Shown in pieces: positions 1-11,270 of a stretch of 64,000 nt of DNA. The notes beneath the pieces are model-generated. The model saw only the letters and a program-made list of their open reading frames with translations. It made no database searches and had not been told where the DNA came from. Position 1 is the first letter of the stretch. Each line of letters opens with the position of its first letter. The stretch comes from Hydrolagus colliei (taxonomy: Eukaryota), in NCBI GenBank assembly GCA_035084275.1, contig CM068751.1, forward strand, positions 18,724,001-18,788,000, read 5' to 3'. Both the position numbers and the translations under genes were made by a program.

Positions 1-19
1 TGGGACCTGATTCAGACCG

Positions 20-350
20 TAAACAGGGAGGGGGGGGAGAGAGGGACAGACAGAGAGCGAGAGACTGACTGACTGGCAGAGTCTATTCTGCCGTCTCTCC
101 CGCCTCTCGCCCACCCTCCCTCCCGAGTCTCCCGCCTGGACAAAGGCCTCTCGCCAAAGGGAGGGGGGGGGGGGGGGGGGGGGGGGGTGGTAGGGAGGGG
201 GGATGTGGGGGATGGTTTGGTCGGCCGCTGCTCCGAGGAGAGGAGGCTCCAAGCCTGAGGCCTACACACGCCTCTCCCTCCCTTACCCTCTCACACCCTC
301 CCTCTCTCTCTCTCTCTCTCTCCCTCCTCTTCTTCTTCTTCCTTCTTCCT
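20..350. repeat. G-run and GA/CT low-complexity tract
   Basis: Long poly-G around 163-187 with flanking G-tracts, followed by (CT)n and (CTT)n. Confidence 0.9.
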
Positions 351-600
351 CCACTTGCCGCCGCCGCCGCCCCCAGCACAGTCTCCCCTCTCCTCACCCT
401 CTCCTCCCCCTCACTCCCGGAGCCCGTGTACCTTGGAGACGGCGGGCCCGGGGCTGTGTTTGCCCGAGAAGGCCTGCGCCGCTCTGTCCGCCATTTTCCC
501 TGCCTCTCACATCCAGTTAGTTAATCGAGCGTCGAGTCGGGGCTGAGTCGATTAGGCGAGGGGGGGGGGGTCACGTGACACACAAGACCAGCTCCAAACT
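340..600 (-). promoter_or_regulatory. CpG-rich housekeeping-type promoter with YY1 motif and palindromic E-box
   Basis: High CpG density. CCGCCATTTT (YY1 consensus) at 488-497 overlaps the ATG. GTCACGTGAC (USF/TFE CLEAR-type) at 570-579. Confidence 0.55.
432..494 (-). CDS. U2SURP: Probable first coding exon of U2SURP (SR140); gene continues left out of the window
   Basis: GGGAAAATGGCG start, 21 codons MADRAAQAFSGKHSPGPAVSK, then AAG|GTACAC donor. Resembles the recalled human N-terminus MADKTPGGSQKASSK. Lies in a CpG-rich patch, divergent from PCOLCE2 as expected from synteny. Confidence 0.65.
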
Positions 601-633
601 ACATGTCTCAATACTGTACACAGGCTTGGGTTA

Positions 634-700
634 GGTGTGTGTGTGTTTGTGTATTTGTGTTTGTGTGTGTGTATTTGTGTTTGTGTGTGCGTGTGTGTGT
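634..700. repeat. Imperfect (GT)n microsatellite
   Basis: gtgtgtgtttgtgtatttgtgt... seen directly. Confidence 0.9.
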
Positions 701-3700
701 CACTGTTTTGAGTGGGTTTCTCCTAATTACCGTATTATTATTTTTAAAATTTGAATTAAAACCATGGGCAAGGTTCCTTACTCCTTACGCGCCTAATAAT
801 AATCCGTCCCGTCCCCCCCTCAAAAATTTCGTTCCTTTCACACACACACACTTAATAATAATCCCTCCACCCCCCACCCACCCCCCCAAAAAAAAACCAC
901 ACACAATACTGCAATAAAATTGGTCATTTCAATCCACGGCTGTTTGTGGGGGACGCTGCTGTGCGTAATTGGCTGCCGCATTTCGCCCATAAATATATAC
1001 AGTCAATTCACTTTACAGTATATTCTGTGAAGCGCTTTGAGACGATAAGATGTGAAAAGCGCTACATCGAATACAAGGATTATTATTATTATTACTGTAT
1101 ATGTTACCAAGATCCTGTCCCCGTGTTTATTCAAATAGTGAAGGGTTTTTAATCCTTTCCAGCAAACCTGAATAAAATTGATTGTGACTTGTGCAAATTG
1201 GCTGCGCAGAACAACTACAACAAAATTACATTTGTATAGCGCCTTTCGCATTGGGAGGACAACATCCCCAAAACACACAGTCACTACACTTTACAGTAAA
1301 TCCCGTGAAACGCTTTGAGACATCTATCTCAATGATGTGAGAAGGTCCTAGATCAAATGCACTACAAGCTAGACTGTCAAAAGCGCTTAATGCAAGATTA
1401 TTGGATCATTTCACTCAAAATAAACAGCTGTAAATGTTGCAATACATAAGCTGTTGCAAGCTGTGTCACTTTTGCTGTTTGTAAAATGTCACTGAGGATC
1501 ATTCCTTCAATTAACAATTGTGTGTGTCAATGTTTTTTACTCTGTGAGCCTGACAAGGATTTGGAGAGGAATTGCTAGTACCAAGTTTGTTTGCTGAAAT
1601 CACTACTACTGAGATATGGAAGAACAAGAGACTTAATCCTGTGAAGATTAGGATACAATTGCTCTGCTTGATTATTAATAACAATAATAATCCTTGCATT
1701 AGATATAGCACTTTATCATGCTTTCGAGACATCATCAAAGCTCTTTGCAGAATTCACTGTAAAGCGGATTGACTGTATTTTGGGGGAGAACAAACAAATG
1801 ATCAAATCACTGTATTTTAAATAAACAATAGAAAGGTTTATTTGATCCGCAAAGCGATCCGCTAATCGACTAACAACCGGGTTGCTTCTATTTGCCCTAA
1901 AAAAAACCACCCCCTTACCCGTCTCCCCAGCTTAGCTTCAAGCTCCACCACTATCAAGCACTCTGAAACACTACCCAGGTGATGGGCGATATATAAATGC
2001 AGGTTACCGTGTAATTCATAACCTTGAACTTCTGCTCTCTTCCCTGCAGCCTTGATATAATTTGGAAAGTGTTATACTATTAATCAAAGATACTCTTTCC
2101 ATTTGAAGGACATCTCAAAGCACTTCCACACAATTTATTGCAAAGTGTAGTCACTATGTTTCCTGTAGGCGAATGTGGCAACTATTTGTGCACATAGTAG
2201 CTAGGGTTTCTGTCCATATTGATTATGATATAACAATAATAATCCTTGCGTTTGATATAGCGCTTTTCACGTCTTCTAGTTTGGAAATCACTAGACATAC
2301 ATTCTTCAAATCACCCTCTAAGGCAGGAAGGTTGGTAAGGGGATAGGAGATCACAGATGTGGGGTGCGGCGAGGTTGTGGAGAGGCTTTAAATGTGAGAA
2401 TGGAGCCTACTCCTGTTCCTGCGAGTATTTCTGGGTTTTCCCCATTTCAGAACTATGGACATTCGTATGTTAAATAAGGTGCAGTACCAAGATGATCGAG
2501 GTTGTACCTTAATCAGTGCAGCTTGCGTATGTTCGAGTATAACTTATAACTTACAAATCCTGAGACTCAAGCAATTGCACTATCGGTAGTGAGGTCTAAT
2601 ACTAGTAGTTCCATTATTAACAACACTTTCTGCCGCCTAGATACTCTCCCGCACAGACTACCATATCCCCATCACTTTAGCCCTTGTCAGCCAGGTCCAC
2701 TGGCTCCCAATTACTGAACAGATAGTTTTGAACATGTCTTTCAAGTAGAGTGAACATATCAAACTGCTTAATACTCTAATCCTTACATTTGATGTCACGT
2801 CCTATCAAGTCACTGAAATGTCTCAAAGTGTTTGACTGTGTATTGTGAGGGTGAAATGCAGCAGCTAATTACACCATCGCACAAATAGTTATGTAGAGAT
2901 TGACCAATTTTTTTTCGAGGGATTATTCCCTCTGGAAACTGATCCACCAGTCAACTGACAACCAGGTCCTATTTACTGCTGGGTAAACAGAGATGTGTGG
3001 AGTAAGGAAACTCACCAAGGAATCAAACCCGGGTCCTCTTGCTTGCATAGCAAGCACGCTACACACTACACTACGCCTAATAATAATCTACTTAAAAAAA
3101 ACTATAATAAATTGGTCATTTCAATCCACGACTGTTTGTGGGGACACTGCTGTGCGCAATTCACCCACGAACATACAGTCAATTCACTTTACAGTGTATT
3201 CTGTGAAGCACTTTGAGACGTCTAGAAGATGCGAAAAGCTCTATATCAAATGCAAGGATTATTATTATTATTATTATTATTACACTACTGGACTCTACGG
3301 AGAGGCAAATCAGGCATATGTATGAATGCAGACGGGATATTGTTATCCTGATGACTTAAGTGGCAGTGACAAGTTAAGCCAGAAACAAGTTATCCGGAGT
3401 TTACTGTATTCCCAATGTAGGACCATAACCTCAGTTGCCTCAAACATGCCTCAAAGCAACTCACGATTATCCCACTCACTTCTTAACAACTCAAACCCCA
3501 TTCTGCGTGTTTCATTTGAACAACAGATCAGCAACAACGATGACAAATTGTATCTGCTCGGTGCTTTTCACATCTGAAGGACGTTAAACGCAGCGATATC
3601 TTCTGCTTTTATCATTCATTCTGTGCAAATATTTTTACTCCATTCACTCGAGAGAGAGAGAAAAAAAAAACTCTCAATGGAAACGCCAGATGGTAAACAG

Positions 3701-6700
3701 AGAATTCTCCCTGCGGAAGGGTTACTTCAAGCTGCTGATTCAGATCTCGTTAACTTTCATTAACCAGTGATCCCAGTTGGCATGCAAAGTTCCCATTTCA
3801 AATAGTTAGCAGTATATCTACAACAACAACAACTTGGATTTATATTTTTAAAACTCACAATAATAAAAATTGGTCATTTTCAATCCACGACTGTTTGTGG
3901 GGGACGCTGCTGTATGCAATTGGCTGCCGCGTTTGGCCCACAAATATACAGTCAATTCACGTTACAGTATATTCTGTGAAGCGCTTTGAGACGTCTAGAA
4001 GACTTGAAAAGCACTATATCAAATGCAATGATTATTATTTTGTATTCTTATACAATGCCGGTTTGATGTAACACACAATGCCTTTCAGATCAGGACAACA
4101 ACAACAACTTGCATTTATTTATTGCCCAATTTATTTATTGCGAGGTCTTGAGGTGTGCGTTATAATGGGGGTGGTGGGGGGGGTGATCAATATGGTAGAT
4201 CGGGAGACGGACCTTGAACGAGGGGCCGAAGCAGAGGCAGAGGGAATCCGGGATGGAGTTATTCTTAAATTAAGATGGAAAATGGCACATGGCAACGTTC
4301 TTTACCGTCAAATAAGGGCTATTTTCCCAGCTGAGAATACAAGTCCTGCAAATGCAAAGGACTGGACTGACCAAGCCAGCTATATGTTCCAGCACATATT
4401 TTTTAATGGGGTGCTTGCATCTCCCACGGCCTTCGGATGTGTCTGGCAGAAGGCAGCAAAGGGAGGAAGTTTGAGTTGCAGCTGAGCTGCTGTTCCTGAG
4501 CCAGACATTCTTTGACAGAATGGTTTTTCAGTTAGTGTAGCATCAGCAGATTACATTCCAGCTGTACAGTACTCCTTAGCAAACCAGAGATTTCGACCGA
4601 AAAACAGAATTCGACTGAATGGAATGGACCGAGCCACACTTTTACTGTAAGAGCTACCGAGAGTTGTCATTTGACCCTTGCATTTGCTATAACACCTCAT
4701 CACATAAGTGAGACGTCTCAAAGCGCTTCACAGACTATACTGTAAAGTGCATCGAAGATATTTTGTGGTTGAAACGTGGCAGCCATTTGCACACAGAGGG
4801 TGTCCCACAAACAGTTGTGGATTGAGTGAACCAATTTTTTTTTAGGTACAGTATTATTACCCATCAAAACCAATTTGCCAGTCAACTAACTAACTGGGTT
4901 CTTACATATCCGATAGGCAAACAGAGGCATGTGGGTTTAGGAAACCTGCCTGTGGTTTCGCCCCCTGCCCTGGAATCGAACCCAGGTCCTCGTGCTTGCG
5001 AGGTCAGTGTTCTAAACAACATGCTATGGGACTCTATGAGTCTTGTTCAGCTAGGCAATCCACCACTAGTGCATTTGTTCTATGTTCAATCCTAACCTTT
5101 GCTGATCAGTACAGCAGGAGCGATTGCTTTCAGGACCTGGGATGGAGTGAGGAAAATTAGACAATAAGTGAGACATCTCAAAGCGCTTCACAGACTGCTG
5201 TATATTGTAAAGTGCATTGACTGTATTTCGTGGTTGAAATGTGGCAGCCATTTACATACAGCAGGGGCCCACAAATAGTTGTGGATTGAGTGACCCAATT
5301 TTTCTAGCCTTCCTTGGTCACTATTTTTAATATTTTGAATATTTAATATTTGAGTGCTCCCCAAATACTCAGCCGGTTGGTGGGTGAGGGCAGGATGGAC
5401 TCCGTTACGAGACAAGGAAACCGAAATCAATTTTAAAAAGGCAGTTTTTTTTAAAAGCAACCATTTTCTACTTTCATCCTGCTGTTTCTTTTATTCAATC
5501 TTACAACAATTACAATAATCCTTGCGTTGATATGGCGCCTAATCATGTTAAATGTTCAACTTCGCTTTTGAGAGCAGTTTTTTTGTGTGTCTTCAGTAGA
5601 TTAAATAGTTAACATTTCATACTGAAATCCTACTTTTCGCTTTGGGGAATGTACTGGCACAGGTTAGCGTTCTCCTCTCCCACGAGACCTCATTTCCTTA
5701 AGATATTCACGTCGATGCTGGACTGCCCTGCGCTGATTAACCTGAAAGGTGAACTCAGTCAAAAGTAAAAATTATGTTAATGTAATTATCTTTGGGACCA
5801 CTCGCTAATTGGAGCACACGTGAAACGCGTTAGCAATTACATTTCAGCGAAGAATAATCAGCCCTGTAGTTATGGGAACATGACATGTTGTTCACTTTTA
5901 ATTTCTCCTTCCACCCCCCCCAACTCCCCCCAACCCCACGCACACCCCCTCAATCCACTTGTTCGCCCACAAATATACAGTCAATTCCCTTTACAGTATA
6001 TTCCGTGAAGCAATTTGAGACGTCTAGAAGATGTGAAAAGCGCTAGATCAAATGCAAGGATTATCATTATTATTATTGTGAATGTGTGTCAATCCTTTGC
6101 TCATCTGGCCAGCAGAACCTCGGGGTAAAGAGCCAAGGTTCAGAGGTCTTTACTTATATCCAGCGCTGTGGGACGTCCTCCTGACGTAAAAGGTGCTATA
6201 CAAGTGTAATTTTGTTGTTGTTGTCGTTGTAAGACACTTTGTCAGTTTATTTCTTGGTGTATTGACAACAAAAGCCTTGTTCTCAATGGGTCCTCCCTGC
6301 CCTACCTCTGCACCCTCCTTCACTCACACTGACCCAGCCATTGAAATGACCAATTTGTTACAGATTTTTTTGGGGACGGATTATTAATAGGCGTGTGTTT
6401 GTGTGTGTGTGTGGAGTAAGGAAGCTTACCCAAGGTTTTGCCCTGACCTGACTGGATTCGAAACACAGGTCTCAGGCTTGTAAGGCGAGCGCTCTAACCA
6501 CTGAGCTACAGGACTCCACAGAGTATCCGGACCAGACGTAGTTGCGGATATTGCATGAATATACCTGGAGAATGGCACCAAAATAAAATAGCCAAAGGGG
6601 GTGACGACGTTCTCTTGATACTGTCGGACAAATTCAGTAGCTCTCCTACTTTGAAGTACTGTACTGTACTGTACAGGCTTGGGTGGTTTAGTGATTCAGT

Positions 6701-6878
6701 AGGGAGTCTGCAGGGGGAGCTGATGGTACACAAAGCACACCTGAACCTTGCGTGGAACCACAATGCAAATTGAAGTGAAGGTTCCTACTTTACTGATATC
6801 CTTAGATTATTTTGGGCTGTATGGCAGTTATTGTGGAGTCTGGTAACTTTGAGACTAATAACAGTATTTATTATACGT

Positions 6879-7201
6879 GGAGCTCCTGTAGCTCAGTGGT
6901 TAGAGCACTCCCCTTACAAACACGAGACCTGTGTTTCGAATCCAGGCAGGTCAGGGCGAAACCTTGGGCAAGTTTCCTTACTCCACACACAGCTAATAAT
7001 AATCCGTCCCCAAAAAACCACGATAATAAAACTTGGTCATTTCAATCCATGACTGTGTGTGGGGGACGCTGCTGTGCGCAATTGGCTGCCGCGTTTCGCC
7101 CACAAATATACAGTCAATTGGCTTTACAGTATATACTGTGAAGCGCTTCGAGGCGTCGATAAGATGTGAAAAGCGCTATATCAAATGCAAGGATTATTAT
7201 T
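6879..7201 (+). mobile_element. Full-length tRNA-derived DeuSINE-type SINE; representative of about 40 copies and fragments in the window
   Basis: A box TAGCTCAGTGG, B box TTTCGAATCC, core GGGGACGCTGCTGTGCGCAATTGGCTGCCGCGTTTC, L2-like 3' tail ending (ATT)n. Flanked by the direct repeat ACAGTATTTAT (6861-6871 and 7202-7212), a probable TSD. Confidence 0.9.
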
Positions 7202-7683
7202 ACAGTATTTATCTTGTTTGCGTGTTCGATATCATCAATATCTCCGCATTCTCTTAAACTTGTGATTTATAATGCTTTCTGCCTCTGTGTGTGAATGACA
7301 GGAGGGGAGGCTTCAATCTGGGATTGAGACTGATGTGAAAGGAGGTGTCGCCATACTCACCCAAAGGTGAGACACACACACACACATGTACTGTATATTG
7401 ATTTGCCCAGGTTCTGAGTGAGGAAAGCACTCTCCCCCACTCCCTCCTTCTCTCTCTCTCTCTCTCTCCCTCCCTCTCCTTCTTCCCTTCTCTCCCTTCC
7501 CCCGCTGAACAAGAGCCATATTCATGTGCAGTCTGGCCGGATCTTCATTCAGGGACACACAGAAGGGCTGTACACACTAATTTGGATTTTTTTTTTTTTT
7601 CTTTTGCACAAGCAGCCAGCCAGAAAACTGAGTTTTAAACTAAACTCCCTCCCAGATTTCCCTTCTTTTCCCATCTGATCACA

Positions 7684-7757
7684 ATGAGAACTGTGGCTTA
7701 CTCTTATCTCGGGCTCCTGTGTGCCTCTCTCATCAACTGTCAACTGCCCCAGAGAAG
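7684..7757 (+). CDS. PCOLCE2: PCOLCE2 exon 1 (signal peptide)
   Basis: ACAATGA start; MRTVAYSYLGLLCASLINCQLPQR+AG|gtaatg; phase 2 matches exon 2. Confidence 0.8.
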
Positions 7758-9492
7758 GTAATGTACCCAAACCTCCCCACAACAAAAATTGGAACTGTTC
7801 TTTTTCAAACGAGTTGCTAAACTTTCTTTTAATTAAGGATAGTGGAGTCGGGGGAGGAGGAGAGGTGGTGGGGGGGGATATTGAGAGGTGAAGGGTGGGT
7901 GGTTTCATATCAACTACCTCAATGAACCCAAATAAGAAGTTTGCTAAACTATTTTCTAACTTTTTTTTAATAAGGTCGATTTTTTAAAACTGTTTGCAAA
8001 CTACAGTATTTTGATAAGTTTTTTTTTCTGTGAGGAAAGGGGGGGGGGGAGGGAGGGAGGGTTGCATCAACCTTACCGTTAGGAAAAGTCATGTATTAGC
8101 TAATAATATCAAATATATTGTGAGAGGAAAGAATGTTTTTTTTTATTTGGTCGGAAAATCTGTCTTGAGAGCTGTAACGTGTTTCAAAAGCACTGATTTG
8201 TCCCAGATCATTCCCTGCACTCACAAATCGGACTCAAATCTACTGGATGCTGATTTGAGATCAACCTTTTTGGGGGGGTTTAGAGAGGAGAGGGAAAAAG
8301 AAAGTCATATGCTTAATTTCAAAGGTTAATAAGGATATGAGTGGACGGAAGAAAATGCTAAAAAAAAATTTAAAAAATCTATGTTTTTAAGATGAAAAAA
8401 ATTGCAAAAAGACTGAAGCGAGTGGGTTACAAGGAAATGCTAATTACTCTGTGTGTAATGTTCAGAGAGAATCTCAAATCTCCAACGACAGAAAGATAGA
8501 CCGACTTTCAAAGCTGACTGACTGAATGACTGTACATAGTGTGTGCATCTGGCTAATTGCCTCACTCACTGGGACACTGTCTATTCCAGGCCTGGGATTT
8601 CCTGAAATTAGAAGGAGATTAATCTTTGTTTATTTATCAATTGCTACCACATTAGGAGCCGATCATTGAATGTTCAATTGGAGCAGAGATCTCTGGCTGC
8701 TGACACCAAAATAAGCCAAGGAACAACACTGGGGATTGAGCTGTGTGGGTTAAACTAACTAGACACAGAGAATGATTGCAAGGCTGTAGTCTAACACATG
8801 GTGGAGCAAATAATGAGTACAGTATAATAATAATTCTTGCATTTTAGATAGCACCTTATCATGTCATTTGAGACATCTTCTCAAAGCTCTGCTTCGCAGA
8901 ATATACTGCAAAGTGAATTGACTGTATATTTTGAGGGGCAAAATATATACTGTACTGTGAATATAATTGAAATAACTGCCATGAATCACATATAACCCGG
9001 GTAGAAACTCTTCCTCCATATCGGATCACAATTGTGTCATAACTATTCAAATTTTGATTTGGCCGTTCTTTATCATGTACTGCACTGCAGTATGCGAGAG
9101 ACAATAATAATAATAATAATAATACTGTATTTGCATTTAATATCGCGGTGTTAAGATGTCTTTCACAGGATATACAAAGCGCTTCCTAGAATATACTATA
9201 AAGTAGATTGACTGTACATTTTGTGGGCAGATCGCAGCAGCCAATTGAAGCATCAGTGACCCACAAACAGTCGTGGATTATTACTCGCGGAAAGCAATCT
9301 GCCAATTGACTCACAACCAGGTAGATAAACAGAGGTGTGTGGAGTAAGGAAACTTGCCTAAGATTTCACGCCTCCAGGGAATTAGAACCTGGGTCCTCTC
9401 GCTTGCGAGGCGAGCGCTCTAACCACTACGCTGCAGCATCAGGCTGAATAATTTTTCCTCTCTTAAGTCTGTCCATTTTTTTTTGTGCTTAG

Positions 9493-9598
9493 GAACTTTA
9501 AATGCGGAGGAATTCTATCGGGAGACTCTGGTTTTATTGGTAGCGAGGGTTTCCCTGCACTCTACCCCCCCAACACCAAATGCACTTGGAAAATCACG
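9493..9598 (+). CDS. PCOLCE2: PCOLCE2 exon 2 (start of CUB1)
   Basis: ttag|[36 protein letters not shown]|gtaatg. Confidence 0.93.
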
Positions 9599-10749
9599 GT
9601 AATGTATGAGAAAGATACGCAAATCCAGACTTAGTAACGTGAGAAAATAGTCATAATCTTTGCCTTTTCCTATCGTGCCTGAACCTCGGCAGTAAAGTGA
9701 CTGTGTATTTTTGTAGGCGAGTGCGGCAACCGCTAATGCACACGACAAAGTCCCACAAACAGAAATCAATTTTATCTGGGTGAAGGGTGGGTAGGACACT
9801 GTGAGAAACTCCCATTTCTCTTCAAATAACGCCAGGGGAGCTTTTAGCATCCACCTGAACAGTAAGGAAACTTGCTCAAGGTTTCGCCCTGACCTGCCTG
9901 GATTCGAAACACAGGTCTCACACTTGTAAAGGCGAGCGCTCTAACCACTGAGCTACGGGACACCACGTTTAGCGGTTGAACCTGAAGGATGGTACCTACA
10001 GCAAAGCAGCCGAGGATAGCATTGGAGTGCCACTCCCACACCACCCCCAGACTGTGAACTGAAAGTCTCGACATGGGATTTTTCACTGTGGAAAAAACTC
10101 TAAATGATCTGTCTAAAAACGCCACATGAAGCCATCATCCATTGAGGAAAGCATAGAAGCAAGAGCCAACGAACATTGGGAGAAATGTGTCTGTGACTAA
10201 CGTTTTTTGGTGGGAGCTTTGTGAGGTTCCTCAAAATATTGACGAAAATACACATTCGCTCCCACTTTATAATGTATTCTGTGAAGCGCTTCGAGACGCC
10301 TTAACCACGGCATAATGGCGCTGTATCAAATGCAAGGATTCTTCTTACCATTTGATTTAAAGGGGGTGTGGGGGGGGTGGAGAACATTTGGTCGAACATA
10401 TCAAACAAACGATGGTAAATATTTGTTATGCACATTTACAGTCTTTTCTATTTGCTCACAAACGCGTGCCAAGGCAGCTCCATTTAATCGCTCATTGACT
10501 CATTTATAAGCAACCTCCTTCAGTCCACCTTTTCTTGGAAACGTCCAGATCTTATCTGCGGTCTAAAGCCGCTTCCCAAACACGCCCCACTCTCCCCAAC
10601 CCCCCCGCTCTCCCCAACCCCCCCACTCTCCAAACCCCAACCCCAACCCCCCAGAAAAAATGCATGTTTGAATCTAAATCTTGCTTTCCCATTGCCCGGC
10701 AGCTGGGAAAGCAAGCAAGATTTGACAACCTTCCAGGAAAATAAGTTTT

Positions 10750-11270
10750 AAGCGATTGGAAGAGATGTCTGGCAGACAGCGGAGCCTGGATGAGTGCAAA
10801 CTTCCTGCAGCTAAATGCGGACAAGACAGAAACCATAATCTTTGGCTCCCTTCAATGTCTTCACTCCTGCGGATCTGAACTCCTCATCCTCCCTGGGCTC
10901 CCCCTCACCAAACCAGTGCGCGATCTAGGCGACTGGTTTGACCCCCCCCGGCCCCAACCCAGCTGTCCTTCCTCCCCCAGCTAGTCATCCTCCACCTCCA
11001 CCACTTTGCCCACCTCCAACTGTACCTTACCCCGCAAATGCAGCGAAATCCTCAGGCGTGCGATTGTCACTTGGATTACACCAACGCAATCCTCGTTGGT
11101 CTCCCCGGCTGCACTGCTCAAAAGATCCAGGTCATTCCAAACTCTGCCGCCCGCCTACTTACCCAGACCAAACTCCGTACCCCACACCCCGCCAGTTCCG
11201 GCCAGGCTCCACTGGCTCACTGAACGGTCGACTTTACTCTCTCCCGTCCCTTCTCCCCACCCTCCCAATC
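10750..11270 (+). mobile_element. Degenerate L2-clade LINE ORF2 (RT C-terminal) fragment
   Basis: WMSANFLQLNADKTETIIFG, LDYTNAILVGLP, KIQVIPNSAARLLT and RLHWL motifs in shifting frames. Confidence 0.8.

Noticed and set aside
12-546. Pro/Arg/Gly-rich ORFs at the window start
   Set aside because: Products of G-runs and CT repeats; only 432-494 has start, donor and homology support.
946-1152. Recurrent ORF family ([32 protein letters not shown] / [20 protein letters not shown]) found dozens of times
   Set aside because: These are translations of the non-coding SINE body in various frames, with indels and stops differing between copies; not a protein family.
4565-4649. Possible tiny TA-flanked MITE (TACAGTA...TACTGTA)
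   Set aside because: The inverted match is only about 7 bp and these words are common in the window; insufficient support.
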